A stretch of DNA of 64,000 nt, taken from NCBI GenBank assembly GCA_012295275.1, contig CM022673.1, forward strand, positions 20,088,001 to 20,152,000. Direction: 5' to 3'. The position numbers and the translations under genes are program-made. The notes beneath the pieces were generated by a model. The model was not told where the DNA came from and searched no databases. It was given only the letters and a program-made list of their open reading frames with translations. Shown here piece by piece: positions 1-15,679 of this stretch. The stretch's first letter is position 1. Each line of letters opens with the position of its first letter. The DNA is from Chrysomallon squamiferum (lineage: Eukaryota > Animalia > Mollusca).

Positions 1-997
1 AGGCAGAAGATAATCTAATAAAACATTGATGTACAGTTGTTCTACCCCAACACCTTAAAACCCATAGTGTTCTTCCTTTAACATTAACAAAAAGGTTAAA
101 CCTTACTGCAAGCAGAAAACATCTAGTTCAGTGACAAACCTCTGATACAGTAACATGATAAAAATTTTGTTTGTCAGTTGTCGTATTTGATGCTAATGTT
201 ACTAATAATCAAATAAGCATATGGTAATTGTTTTGATTAACAGCTGACAGTATTCATTTAAACACAAACAAAGGAGGGATGAAACAGTATATTACTGATT
301 GGCTGAAATCACCTGCTTTCAGTGGGTTAAGTAGTCTTCAGTAGCTTTAATTGCATAAAAATGTAGCCATAAATGTTCAAAATATTTTTTAATGAATATT
401 TTTATATTTTGGTTGTTGATGCATTTCAGTTCATAATAGTAACATCTCTTTCAGATTTTAAACAGGTCCAGGTTGACTTATGAATAAGCCTATCAGTGTA
501 TAATAAAATCATTTGAGGATTATAATAGCATTTTGTACACATTTATTTCAGTAAGTTACTGAATGTATAAAAAGAAAATGTTACCATTTTAAAAGTTGTT
601 TTTTCTTTATTCTAAAAATATTTTTTTTTATTTAGGCAGTTAAACTTACTGGGATGACAGCCCTAAAATTATTATATACAACACAAAGATCACATTTTCA
701 TTTAATATTTAATACCCAGTTGAAAAATGTGCAACCAAAAAATTTGCTTCTATGATGATCCTTAATTGTGGTAAAGTTGAATTAAAATTGTCTATAGATA
801 TTGTGATTTAGTTTATATACACACGAAGAAAATAAATTAATTCTTTAGAAATCATCAAAAATAGAAATGTTTTAAGGTGTTTATTAATTAATAAATGGTT
901 ATGTATATACATATATCATGGATGTTGTGTAAGACAAGAGCAAAATATTTTTTCATCTTGTGCAACTTGCCTCCTAAAGAATAATGGTTATTACTGA

Positions 998-1940
<943 letters not shown>

Positions 1941-3589
1941 CAGGCTATCAGATAGACTGCATGTGTAAAACAATACTAGAACATTAAACATATTTAGGAT
2001 GAAATCTCATTGTTTTAGATTAATTGATTAATAATTCCATTTATATAATATAGATGTATTTCAACATTTTATGGCTATTCATGTTACTCGTTACTGATTA
2101 CATGGTTAATTTCTTCAGTTATAATGCTGTGCATATTTTATATGTATAACAGCAGTGATCAGTTTAATTTTACAAAGCTATTCAACGTTGCCTCTGAAAA
2201 CATTTGTGTTCACATTATGACCCTTAAGACATTACAATGCAGTGACAAAAAACTAAAACAACACAAAAATAACATATTTTAATTATTTCTTACACAAATA
2301 AAATAGGATTAATTCAACTTTCAAAATAATGTGATACAACTAGGTGATTAGAACAAGGGTGTGAAACTTTTTCAAGTGAGAATGTTAATCATCTGTTTCC
2401 TGTTGCAACTAGTGGCATATTTATTTTATTATGTTTTATATCCTCCAAAATTAGGTTTGTGTGTTTCATGTAAAAGAAAATGTCTGCCCCATAATAATTA
2501 CATACATAACGTATTTGTTATTTAAATAATTTCAGAAATAAAAAATGATCATAGAAATAAGTATAAAAAAAGCGAAGATGAAGAACAAAATTATCACTCT
2601 TGAATAAGTAGTAATTAAGGTTGTGTACAAGAGAATGCATTTTTACTTATCAGTTATTTCAGTCTCAAAGTAAAAATTTCTAAACAATATGAAAGAATGA
2701 TATTTCAAGGCTTTAGGCTTTATAAATGGTGTATCTCACCTGTGGCAGTTGTATGTAATAAGTATATTAAACATTTATTGGCATATGTTTTGTGTCAGTC
2801 AGCAATTCCATAAAAAGTAATGCATATTTCACTTTATAGGACTGGCTTTTTAAATAAAAACATGCAAACAATACAATTACATATTTTGAAAGCAATATAA
2901 AGCGATGTTTTTTAACACTTTCTTTGAAACTACTGAGGAAACCAGCAATTTATCAAACATTATAAAAATAAAATTAGATTTCTTACATAATCAATTATAA
3001 TTATGAACCATAAGTAGTAGACGAATCCTCTCTTAACTCATACACTTGAACTGAATCTGGTTTAGATATTCCACTGTCATATCCATTATCATAATCAAAA
3101 CTATATGGTCCATAAGGGTAAACTGATGAACTTCACATGTTAAATACAAAGGTGTTCAATTCCGTGTAACTTCACGTCTTACAATAAAGTTTTCAATGGA
3201 ACAGGTCAAATGTTCATAAAATTTTACTGTTTCAAATTAAATATTTATGCTGATTCATCTATTTGAAAGTATACTGAACACTACCAATTTCAAAAATCCT
3301 GAAAATTATTTTTTTATTTCTATGCTATTTTCTGAAATGAAGAAATTTAAAAAAAAAAGCTTCATAATAGACGCATTTTAGTTTCATTGATATGGACTAA
3401 ACCGAACACATCATATTACAAAAGTGGTTAAGATAATAATAATAAAACTGTAATAAGCAGAATGATGATAAAAAGTTATGTTTTGGAAAAAAAACAAAGA
3501 AATTTTGACTAACATTATTAACATTGTTTGCTCAGACTTAATTGTATTGAATGACTTAAAAAGTTCATTAGTAATGAAATGCTGCCAGA

Positions 3590-6500
3590 TTATTTAAGGC
3601 CAAAATGTACCTTAATGGCATCTATAAGGTCTGCTTTCTTTGTCCCAGAAAAAGTAATATTCTCTTTCTTCATGACTTCTTTCAGAAAAGCCACAGTGAG
3701 TTTGCTAAGCTAAAAAAATAAAACAAATTTGATTATAGTCACATAAAAATATATTACAAGTTAAATTTTAACAATAACTGAACAAATTTGTTTCTTTTAT
3801 TCTTGTACATGTAATATGATGAATGGAAAAAACCAATAACCAAAAGTCCATTATAGATGACTAATTTTGTAACTATTTTAAAAATGAAAAAACACAAATC
3901 CTCGTCAGTTAAATAGATATAATATTGTATTCACCCTTCCTGACTGCGCTTCTTTCTTAAGATCTATCATTGAGTCTGCTGATCTGGCCTTCTTTGCTGC
4001 AGCCATTTCACTTCGTGCGGCCTGAAATTCATTTTAACACATCATTCAAAATAACAATGTTTAGGTATGTATTCAACTGGAAGAAATAAATGGTATGTAT
4101 TATAAATAAATTCATCTTCCCTCTGCCTTTTTTGTATACCCTGATATTTCAAAACCTGTCAAACACATTTCCTTTTCCTTTTTGTCTGAATTATGGTCTG
4201 AATAGACCATGCTTTCTTTGTGCCTGACACTGTCTGATGTATACAATTCTGATTATACATTTTCTTTGTGTTTCACATGTGGTCTCATGTATCTAATGCT
4301 GCTTGTGTATTACCTTTTTCTTTGCTCCAGGCCTGTAATCTGCTGGAAACACGAGATCTTTAAACTCTTTAATAACTTCTCCTGCTTTTTTGGAAATCTT
4401 GCCATTATTGGGTTCTGTAATAGATTATTAAACAATAATAATGAAATTATTATTATATTTTTTTTATCATATACAGCAGAACCTTGAAGCACTAACCATG
4501 ATCTTGGGCAATTTTTGTCTCGAATACTATCACGAGTTACGAACTAAAGCAACGCGCTACAACAAGCTTTCTTTTGATGTTGGCATGTAGTCTTTATAAG
4601 AATAGATGCTTATCTCAAAAGTGAGATCAAACTAATTATTACAGGCATGTCCTATAGCAAATATATATCATGTATTAGGGCCTTCGATGAGGAGTTGCAA
4701 CTCAATAACTTTTGCTGAGATCGTGCGCTTGCATTTTTTAAAGTGTTGCTGCTTTTATGTGTATATTTTTTATTATACCAAGAGAACAAAAAAATTAAAG
4801 CGATAATGATGGTGAAAAGCATAAACATAACACTGTAGAGGTTAAGAAAGAAATAATTGCAAAATGCGAGAGTGGCATTCGTAAGTCTGAAATTGCATCA
4901 GTTTACGAACAAATTTTGGAACGAAAGTTTGTAACCCGATGTTCCACTGTAGAATTCTTTTACTTTTTTATGTACTGTTAGATAAGGCTAACTGTTATCC
5001 TCAGCAGAATATAAAGGTTATTAAAGAAAAGAAAAAGCAGACTGTACCTCATTAAACAGCACTCAGATATTTTTAAAATACCTTCACAAAAATTAATTTG
5101 TTTCTCAGATTTATGTTTCAATTTACAAACTAAGGATTATAGCCAATGCCCTCAGATTGGTCTGTCAAAACATAGGCATGTATTTTCTTTTCTTGTGCAA
5201 GATAAAAATGCTTTAAAAAGATGGTACCTGACAGTAGTAGATATAGGCATTTAGCAGTATAAGTTCATTTTCATTTTATCATGTAAATCTATTACAATTT
5301 CTTACCTGTGTAGTCATTCAATTCTTCTGGTTCATCACGATCTAGTGCTAAAGCTTCAATGTTTCTCCAGTGTTTCTGCAGTACTGGGTTTTCAAAACTT
5401 TCACTTGTAAACTTAAATTGCAATTTCTTCATTATCTCCTTAGCTTTGTCAGTCTGTTCTTTAGTGGCTGTTAGATTACAAAATAGTATTTAAATTTACA
5501 AAATTAAATACATATATGAAATAACGCAGTATTTATTTTACTCCTATTTAATAATGTCATAATTACTGTGTAAAAGTTAATTATTTTGTTCAGGTGGCAA
5601 AATATTAACTTTTATAATTGGTAAATAATAAATATAAACTAATTAGGCCAATATGAATTTTTTCTGAAATTACTTTTTTAGATTTGTTCTATAGTTAGTG
5701 ATGGCATCTGCTTATTATTTTGTACTGTTTGTGGTTTTATTCACAAACCTCTAGGCACATCTTCAGTCTTCTTCACTTTGCGGAAGTCATCAGCAAATGG
5801 CAGAAAGATCATATGAAAACCAGGTGGAGTTATCTGTACTTTGTTTTCATCAGTTTCTTCTGTCTGTGAATGCAGTTTTTTAAAAAGATTATGAAATATG
5901 TTATTTTTCACCAGAAAATGAAATTTACAAAATAAATCGGTCTGCAATACCAACAGTTTCATTATAGTGAAAAGATATTTAAATAATAAAATCAAATAAT
6001 GCTGTATTAACAAAACACAAAATGTAATATGATTTTCTTAACAATAAAGTAGGTGATGTATTTTACACTTTTTGTCAAGTTTACTTTATAGCATAAACTA
6101 TTCAGTTCTATTTTAAATTACAGAAAGTTCAGTCAAAAAAATGTTTTGACATATAATTTAATTTATTCAGTATTACAGTAAAATAATTCTTATACATCAT
6201 TCTGAATTACTTTATAAGAATTATTTCATTTACTTCAAAACAGATGCAAATAAAAAAATAAAACAAAAAACAAATAAATCTACTGAGGTAATTATCAAAC
6301 TATTAGATTACCTGTGGTATCAAGGCAACAAATCGTGGAGGGTTATTTCTACCAGGAATATATTTGCAAATTGGAATGACATCATACTCTAAGCACTTAC
6401 TGAGCAGAGCTGTAAACAATGTGGTGCTGCCTGCAACTGACTGCATTACATAAATAAATGATACTGTAGTATCAACAAACAAATGTATCAATTTATTTAA

Positions 6501-9500
6501 AAAAAATTTAAGATGTATCACAATCTTTTCTCACTGATTATAGTGTGGGGAAATTAAACTTTTATGAATTTTTTAATCTGCGTTTCTTGTTGTTTTTATG
6601 TTAGATGGGTAATTTGAAATATGCATAATATCTGTTTCTTTAAAGCAAACATAGTTTTATTTCTATCTATATCTCTGAACACAGCATTTTGAAGTTTAAT
6701 AATTTATTTTAATTCATTAGTTTGATATACATACTCTTTCATCAGGATATAAAAAGGAGGAAGGCTTCACGTGGTGATGTTTCTTGATTCTGTCATGTGG
6801 CTTAAAACCCATTAGATATAAACCTGAAAATAACATCATTTGTACCACACTATCAGATAACTGTGACATACAAAATCAGATTGTATAAACTAATCAGTTA
6901 GGTTCAGCATACTTTGAATTAAAAAACAATCAGAATTTTCCAAACGATTATCTAGAATAATTCTTACTTCAGTTTATAACTACGATTACCTCAATCATAT
7001 GTCCAATTTTTATTTTTGTGTATGCTTTTTTTTTTTTGGCACTGACAAATTATTTCCTATCAAATGTTTAACAAATTTACCTGAATTACCAAATCTTCTG
7101 ATATCAGAAACCTCATCATTTTCAAAACAAATACATTTTCTACCATATGTCTGAGCTTTCTTCAGATCCTGTGGCAACAGAATTTCTCCTGTTTCCTGAA
7201 ACAAAAGCAATTATATAAAGTTCAAGGAAAAGGCCATTCCCACTGAATTAAATAACAAGTGAATGAGATAACAGAAAATTTATAACAGGTAATATTAAAG
7301 AAAGCAATTGTAAATTCTTTCAAAATTGTAAGTAATCTATTACTAGAAATGCTGCATTTCAGTTTCCAGTGATGACATATGCTAGCAGGAATAAATTAAG
7401 GAATTAAATTTTATTTGCAAAAAAAGAAATAAACCAAAAAAACAACAAAAAATCCAGATATTAATATCAAATGACTAAAGATAATAAAATAAAACAAATC
7501 ATATCATATTACTTAGTCTTTGCTGCAACCCAACTATTATACACAGACAGGAATATGAAAAAGTAGAACACAACTACAGCATCCTTGGATAAGTTCATTC
7601 ATTCCTAGATGAAATCTCAGATTTAACTCCTACTGAGGTATGATTAGTTACTTTAGCAATTCTGTCAGTTCATGTTATATCCAATTATTTTGTGCTTCAA
7701 GTTTGTTTAATATACATTTTATTGGTAAATTAAAACATTATAACATAAATGTATAATGTAAGATTTAATAAATATTCTGCAATTAGTTTAGTAAAAGAAA
7801 GTTATTTCTTTACAATCTGATTTAATGCATTTTGGAGAACTAAAAAAGGATTTCACCTTGAGATAGATCTTGCTGTGACTTTTCAACTCTTCATTAGTTT
7901 TTCTGAAGAGTTTAACAGCAGATGGTTTGGAACAGGGCCTGACCAAATTATACCTAAAAAAAGCACAAATCATAATCATTCTACGTTTCTATATTATTCT
8001 CCTCTCAAAAAGACCATAAGATATATTATCACATAGTGACATAATTAACATTCACTTAAGTAACTTCATTTTATTTTATATATTCTACATAAAAATTAGA
8101 CATTTAATTGTGTTGACCATTCATTAATATACTATAAATATGAAGATTTCATTAGTCAAAAACAAAATTAATATTTGCAAAATGTGCATAAATCTTAACT
8201 TCTTTAATAATTCCTATGTTATAATCATCCTTCATGAAATGACATTGTGGCTAGCTATAATTTGTAATTTGAACCATTGTGAATAAGAATGATGATCAGC
8301 CATATAACTCATATATTAGATCAAAAATTTAGGAAAGACAGAGTTTTGATATTTTTTGATCAAACAGAGGCAAAGTAACAAATATTTACAAAACTATAAT
8401 TAAATTTCATAATGTAAAAAGATATACTCAAAATGGGAAGTAACTCACACTCCCACTGAGAACCTAAGATCCTCTCCTAACGAAAATGAAATTCTTTTAA
8501 GGGCTCTCTTTTTGTAGTCTTTAGTTCTCACCCTAATAAAATATTAAATATGTACTTATATATTTCCTCTTTTTTTTCAAAATCACTTTCATACGAAAAA
8601 GTTACATTATTTATACAAAATAAACAAGAGGTTTTTAAAATTTACTTTTTAATGATAAAATTATGAGTTTATTAAATTTTCCTGAAACAGCAATTTGTAC
8701 TTAAGAATGAAGGAAAAAATATGTTTTTCTTATATGCGTAAAACCCTTCTATCATGTTATCTATGTAAATAAATAAAAAAACAGTAGTATTTACAACCAG
8801 TTTTACTTTATTTTAAATCATAAAGAAAACACTTATATTTTTCACCTTGTTAGTAATTCCTCCAGTTTCTCAGAAGGATCTGGTGTTTCAGTTAGTTCAT
8901 CATCATCTGGAGAGAGAAGATCCTGAAACACAGTGAAAATTATGAATACTTATTTATAATTTCTTTCAAATAATGTAAATAAATAAATAAATACAATACA
9001 ATATACAATTCACTTTTTGTTATTCATAGTTTTAGGATTATTTTCTCATGCTATTAAGAATCAGAACTTTTTTTAAAATATAAACAATTTTCAATAAATA
9101 TGTAACAACAAAAATGACAAAAAAATTCACGAGAATACCTTGTAAAACTTGGTAATGTCAAAATGTTCACCAGGTTTCTGAAGGTGCATAAGTTCAAGCT
9201 CAATTCCAGTTTCATTCAGATCTGCTGCCTTAGTTACAGCCTGTCGCTAAAATAGTTAATATATCTGTAAAAACACTGGAATCACTTTTTGTATTAATTG
9301 TAATGATAGAATTTCAAAGGTTTAGTTTTAATTATTAGAATTAACACAGTATATTTTTTATGCTCCATTTGTGAAGCAGTTGTAGGAATTAGAAAACAGT
9401 CAAGTAAAATGAGAAAAATTGCTCAAGACAAAAATTAATGCAACTTCAGAAATGTGTTAGTCAAATCTAATTTTTTAATTAAATATATTATCCATTCTCT

Positions 9501-12500
9501 ATACAACAATCTTTGATCCTTTAACAAACATATCAATGAACTATACCCTAGCAAAACAGCAAAACAAAAGGCAAAAGAGAAACCAACCTCTAGTTGTGGA
9601 TATCCAGTGTGAGGGTTGTCATTGTTGGTAAATAACAGAATTCTCTTGTCATTTAATTTTTGAGAACTAAAGAAGAAGAAGAAAAAAAGGAACTGAAGTA
9701 ATGCAAAAAAAATATATATATATAAGTAAATGTAATCACTAATTGTAATACATAACACGTGTCATTTTTCTCAGTAACTTAATTTTTAATTTATTGTATT
9801 TCCAGTCATCAGCTGTAATAATTCTAGAAAATAAAACCAGTATGAGTATCAGTTACTTCAGCAAACAGTTTCATATTAAGATTACATTTTAACATTACTG
9901 TATTACAAACAGGGCTCAACCTAAGCAGTAGCTCAGAGAGTGTTGGCTATCAATATCTAGGATGGGCTACCAGACTGCTTTTAGTCAATCTAAACATAAA
10001 ATTCATTCTGGCTTTAATCTCTATACAAATTGTTAATTGTTATAATTGTGCAACCCGACTTTAAAAATCTGGGGTAGATTATACTTCAGGTAAGGGTAAG
10101 TTACTGAAAGAGATTAAGAGAGAAAGAGAGAGAGACCATAGCTTATAATGAAAACTGGTCAGTAAATTAGATCAGACAGTACATACTACTTATCATTGTT
10201 AGTTTTATCAATGTGCCTCCTGGCAGAGGAAAAGAAACTTTTAATCTGTTTTGATGATTTGTCATCAAGTGTCCTCAATGATGCCATTTTGCATCTTGCT
10301 CACTAATTTGTGCCCAAGATATCAAGGGAAGTTACACAATTTTTTGGACAAGCAGCTCCTCTGTCTTTTTTCTGTTCAGTGATTTCATAAGAAAATGAAA
10401 TAATTACGTTTCCAGAACATCGTGGTTCTGGGAAAGGTAGACAGGCTTTATCTCAGTCACTGTACATGAATGAGGGGATGAGCAAGTGCACACAATTGGA
10501 CATTGATTTTATTTATTTTATTAAATGTTTTTAGCCATAATCTGCATCTGTGAATAAAATCTTGTCAGTTGCAAGAAACTGTTGTCTATTACATTATTAA
10601 ACATAATTAACAGACAAAAAAAGTGATTTTATAACTTGCACAATAAATAAACAAAATACAAGTGTATACAAAGATAAAAACACAAATTTTGAGTTAGAAT
10701 TGACATAAATTGGCAATCTCTGATGTGAAGTTTCTTCTGTATCAATTGGTTAGTTTGATTTCCTATAATTTTTCTTCATTTTGTTCAAACAAGTGAGCTG
10801 GCAATATTAAAATTATGACTGTTTTATTGAATGTATTTAATAATACTCCTAATCATTTGGTGAAAACTAATTTTTAGTGAGGGTCATCAGTGGAAAAAGT
10901 TATGGTCTGAGCCTAATTATAAACAATTTATTTATCTGGATTCAACATATGGTTTAGTTTCAATATATATTTTCAGTTTTACCTTGTGGAAAACATATTG
11001 GCACAGGTCCACAATGCATCACTGAGTGAATAATTTTGACTATGTCCATAACTGGTTCCAAAATTTTTGTAGCCTTCCGAAAAAGAAAATAAAAGAATTA
11101 AATAAATATATATTCAAAGACTGTACTGGAAGTATTAATAGAAAAAGATTTAATAACTAACCACAACAACATTCAAGTTTCATTTTAAATCAGATAACTT
11201 TATAAAACCAGATAAATTACAAATATTGATATTTAAGATTTGAAATCCTAAAATCAATTCAAAGATTAACTTATATTCTTTAAACTTGACATATATATAA
11301 TAAAGTCTGCAAAAATTTAGTAACGAATATAATTTACAAACTTTTTTGCATTTCTTCCAGATCTAAAATTCGCTGAGCTCCTGGCTGGTCTAAATTCTTG
11401 AAAAAAGAAAATGTAATTTACTTTTCATTAAGACTTGTAGTTGGGGATATGTGCTTTTAAATTATTCGAATAATAAATGTTACATGGCTAACTTAGAGGT
11501 CTAATTCACTGTTAATTATCCATTTCATTCTAGCTAAATGTTTGTACAACTGATGCAAACTGTTTATACCAACTATATATTAAATCTAAAGACCATAAAG
11601 AGAAACATAAGAAATATACTGATAAAAAATTAAGGAACCTAACTTACCTGATATATATAAATATGTTTGAAATCACTTGGGTTGTTTGATTTTTCCTGCA
11701 ACAAAAAAGAAATATAAATTTATAATTATAATATTCAAAAACATACTAAATCAATAATTCTTTACAAGCTGCATGTAACAATTCTTCAAAAAAATTTCTT
11801 GCTCACATCAGAAGAAAGAAACTGTTTCTCTCTAAAACTAAGTCATAGAAAATTAACATTTTTTATTATTAAAAGACAATGTTTAATTAAAATCAATGGA
11901 CCTATTCATGCTATATGAAGAAATTATCTACTGCATTTTATTTCTGATTTATATTTATGTCACATCTGAATTCCACACAAAATACATATGATTTTTACTT
12001 CTAATAATTAAAAAATCACTTGTATCTATTTTAAACTATGTGCAGAGGTATAGTAACATAATACATTATATTTTATTTATTTACATGATTTATATTCATG
12101 CAGGTACTTACAGTGCCAAACAATACTACACCAACAAAGTCCGTGTCACTAGAAATTATTTTATTCTGCATGGTGGTCATTACACACTGAAAATAAAATT
12201 TATTACTTTTCTTTTTAACAAAAATTCATTATTCACTCATATGATACATAAGAATATTTTCTGAATAAAACTATTTGATGTTTCAATATTCTAAACTTGT
12301 TTTACAGAATTTCAGTTTCCTTCCTTTATTTCAATATGATTAACAACTTTTAGGTTAAAACAAATTTGATGACACTCTGAGAGCGAGAGAAAGAATACAT
12401 GCAAACCTTCATGGATAGCTGAAAATGGTTTTTATCCTCATCATTCAGACGAAACATCTCTTTGGAGCAGTCAACAAGGAAAATCAAACCATGACGATTG

Positions 12501-12785
12501 CCAAAATGAAACTGAAAATGAAATATATTCAGTGAGAATTCTCTTTTAAAAAACCCCATTATAGACTAATCCAAGAAAACAGAAACTATTTCGAATGTTG
12601 TATTCTTTAAATAATGACACACACAAAAAGTGAGAGACAAAGAGACACAGACAGCAATATTTTATAATTTAAAATCATTTTTTTATTAGTTTGATCTATT
12701 ATTATTGATGTATCACCTCTGAATCAAAGTTTTCTTCATCGTTTTCTTCATTGTCAATATTTCTAGCAAATCCAAAGTCAGCCAT
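3590..12785 (-). CDS. XRCC6: Ku70 (X-ray repair cross-complementing 6), complete, 19 coding exons: 12785-12717, 12511-12407, 12186-12112, 11695-11648, 11396-11342, 11073-10983, 9666-9588, 9246-9139, 8922-8846, 8532-8449, 7953-7857, 7195-7081, 6823-6735, 6440-6312, 5863-5749, 5467-5306, 4414-4314, 4021-3935, 3709-3590. Total 1806 nt, 601 aa.
   Basis: vWA motifs [46 protein letters not shown] and [13 protein letters not shown] are present. Core motifs [36 protein letters not shown] and [18 protein letters not shown] are present. The C-terminus is SAP-like ([11 protein letters not shown]...[11 protein letters not shown]). All junctions are phase-consistent. Confidence 0.97.
4474..4949 (+). mobile_element. 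Non-autonomous Tigger/pogo-type (Tc1-mariner superfamily) element in a Ku70 intron
   Basis: Termini TA|CAGCAGAACCTTG and CGATGTTCCACTG|TA form a degenerate CAGTGGAAC TIR with a TA TSD. The interior translates [25 protein letters not shown], resembling the CENP-B/psq HTH of pogo transposases. Confidence 0.8.
9910..10915. mobile_element. Degenerate hAT-like DNA transposon in a Ku70 intron
   Basis: It starts CAGGGCTCAAC and ends TCTGAGCCTA (imperfect TIR). The flanks ATTACAAA (9902-9909) and ATTATAAA (10916-10923) form an 8-bp near-TSD, and the interior is more GC-rich than the surrounding intron. Confidence 0.55.
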
Positions 12786-12962
12786 TTAAAAAAAAAAAAA
12801 AACGAAATCTATAAAAACAAAAATAAAAGGAATTACTGAAAGCAGCTTTGGGAACACGCAAGTGAAAATTGTAAGTTTTAACTTATTACACATATCTTCA
12901 TCTATTACCTTTTTCATTTATTATGATAAACTTAGAGACACTATCCCATTATAATTTATGAT

Positions 12963-13189
12963 AAAAATAGGTCTTGTTTATTTACATATCTTCTCTAACA
13001 AATATCTTATTTGATTTGTTTTTTAAATAAAAATAAATAAATTAAGTTAAATTTTGCAGCATTTTGATAAATCTTATGATTCTCAAACATTTACTGATTT
13101 AATTCAAAATGCTACAAAATGTAACACTAACTGGTATTTGTTAAATCAAATAAGATATTTGTTAAGATATATAAACGATATCTATTTTT
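12963..13189. repeat. AT-rich palindromic (MITE-like) inverted repeat in the probable Ku70 5'UTR intron
   Basis: TAACAAATATCTTATTTGATTT (about 12996-13017) is the reverse complement of AAATCAAATAAGATATTTGTTA (about 13143-13164). The pairing extends outward (AAAAATAG/CTATTTTT) and inward (TTTTGCAGCATTTTGA/TCAAAATGCTACAAAA). Confidence 0.7.
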
Positions 13190-13664
13190 GTTAATTACAC
13201 CAATTAAAAGAAAACCAACCCCAAATGTAAAAACAAAATACTTTCAAAACATATATATATAACAGTGTAAAAAACAACAAATCGCATTTCAAAATTTCAA
13301 AAATCCATTTTCCGTGCATAACATTCTGAATTTATTTAAATTTTATTTTATTTAATTTTTTAAAATTCAACCTTTAGTCACCAAATTTGCATGATCTATT
13401 CAATAAAGTTTTCGTTTTTAATGAAGACCTTAATAGAGGTAAACATACAGAGTCAAATATATTTCGGGCTTGATTTAACTGACAGATGAACTCGAGATCT
13501 TTCCTGCGTAAGAGTTGCGGTTCGTGAATATTACATTTTTCTGTTATTTTGGTGTTTATTACTTCAGACGACCGTATAGAGTTGTCGTTCCTGGGGGGTT
13601 ATTTTTCATAAATCAGACACTACCGCTTCACTTCAAATGGCTATTAAACAATAAATACGGGATT

Positions 13665-13706
<42 letters not shown>

Positions 13707-14165
13707 AGCCAGAAAGTTAAAGTAGATAGGTCTGAATTTTTCATTTAAACAATCTACTGAGCTTAACTGAACGATGTCGTTTTTTACTATTTTTTTCTTT
13801 TTTTTAATATTTAATTGTCAATTTTGCCTGATTCACTATATTTTCGCATTTTCAGGTACGCTTTTGAAAGAAGTTCCCCTATTTAATCTCATTCTGCTAT
13901 AAAAAAAAAAAAAAAAAAAGAAACAGTAAATAGCGTAAGAATTTACTGTTGATGAAAACAAAATAATGAAAAGAAAGAAAGATAGCGAGCGCCCCTTGCA
14001 TTCTTTCATAATAAAAACATTGATTCACGTTTTTATATTAGAAGTCCTTTCCTAAATACTGTAGTCTAAACACTTGTTTAGAACCTAGCCAAAATACTTT
14101 GTACTGATGACACCACTAATAATAGTAGTACTATAAGACCATTTTATTTAATTACAAGTTCCAAG

Positions 14166-14431
14166 CAGTGGCATGCAGATGGGGGCCGAAGGGGCGGTGA
14201 CCATGGACATCCAAATGGTAGGCATCCAGTCAGAGAAATGAACTTAATAAATTCGGTTGATTTATTTTTAAATCGAATAATGCGTTTATTTTATGTTTCA
14301 TCTGTGTTTACATATTCAAAATATCTTCCTTTCTCACAATATTTCTCAGTAACTTGCCCTTATACTCGAGTCTTTGGGGCATACATTCAAGGAGTTGGCC
14401 CCCGGCATCACCAGACCTCTACACGCCGCTG
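14166..14431. mobile_element. hAT-type MITE between Ku70 and DDB1
   Basis: Termini CAGTGGCATGCAGA and TCTACACGCCGCTG form an imperfect TIR. The 8-bp TSD is GTTCCAAG (14158-14165) / TTTCCAAG (14432-14439). Confidence 0.75.
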
Positions 14432-14864
14432 TTTCCAAGTTCCATTTCACTATTTCACTACATAGAACTAAAAAAAAAAATACTTCTCTAATTTATTAAT
14501 ATATTCGTTTTAAGGTAAAATGCGTGGCATTGATTGTTAAACTCAAGACATATGTTTGTTCACGATATCGCGGCATTTACATTTTTGCGGTTTAGTACGC
14601 GCAACACACCCTAGTGGCACGTTTATTAATAGAAATGTGTCAACACTTAAAATACAGGCTTACAATTCTGCACTGAGAGCTATCCGATTGTCATCTGGTT
14701 GCTGACAGTCAAAACGATGCTACACACGGACACATTTAGAAGGCGCGATTTCTAGGAATATATAGAAACTTTTAAGGGCCATGCCCATATTTATTGACAA
14801 TTGAGACAACACACATAACTTTCAATGTTCTTTTGTTGGTTTCACTCGATAAATATTGATTATA

Positions 14865-15554
14865 TAACTGTTGAATCTTACGCGTTTTCCAAGTTACGAG
14901 CGAGCTTCAGTTACACCGCCGCTAGTTGGCGCAACGAACAATACAACATCCGCCAAGCACCTCTCGTCTCACGCGTTTGCTTCACGTGGTTACCTCGCCG
15001 TGGAAGTATCTCTGTTGTGTTGTGCTCGCGTTTTGTGCAGTATTTTGCCAAATTTCCATGGATCCTAAGAAAGTGAGTGCAAAGGACAGTGCTGAGAAGA
15101 AGCGGATGATGTCCATTGAATTAAAGCATGAAATCACAGAAAAACATGAGCGAGGGGTGCATGTAGTCAGCATACGAGCGTAGTACTTTTACGATATGTA
15201 CCATACTGAAGCAGGAGTCAGTAATGAATGAATGAATGTTTAAAGACACCCCAGTACCTTGGAGTCGATAAAGTCTGTAACTCCAGTCAAAGGCGTTAAA
15301 ATAATTTCTAAGCTGTGGTCTTCTATCCACGAAAAGATGGAAAAACCTAACCCTGTACACTTTACAAAACCAATCTATTTCTTTGCATTCTCTTTTATTT
15401 TGTTTTTGTACAATATTTTTCTTATTTAAAAACAGGTTACACGGATTAATGGTATTTCAATTAATTTCATCCGAGAAAACTGATTGATATAGAGCAAACC
15501 GAGTTACGAGCTCGGTCACGGAACGAATAAAACGCGTAAGTCAAGGTACCATTG
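14865..15554 (+). mobile_element. Internally deleted Tigger-like (pogo family) DNA transposon
   Basis: It encodes MDPKKVSAKDSAEKKRMMSIELKHEITEKHERGVHV..., then frameshifted YERSTFTICTILKQ, which is a CENP-B/psq HTH of TIGD-type transposases. The 3' end CGTAAGTCAAGGTACCATTG is a Tigger-like TIR. The 5' boundary is approximate. Confidence 0.8.
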
Positions 15555-15679
15555 TGATTTTAAATGCCCACGTATGTTACTACAATTGAAAAACGAAACA
15601 TTTTAAGCTGACTTTTATTCGTTCTTGTGTTGAATTCTTTAGTAGACATTAGTACGAATGTGTGTAGAAAAAGAGCAAT

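Noticed and set aside
3001-3135. Minus-strand open stretch SSSVYPYGPYSFDYDNGYDSGISKPDSVQVYELREDSSTTYGS* downstream of Ku70, considered as an alternative last exon
   Set aside because: The available acceptors are not in phase with the phase-0 donors at the Ku70 3' end, and I recognise no homology.
1941-3589. Possible overlap of the convergent RUVBL2 and Ku70 3'UTRs
   Set aside because: Both strands have several AATAAA motifs that allow non-overlapping ends, so this is undecidable from sequence alone.
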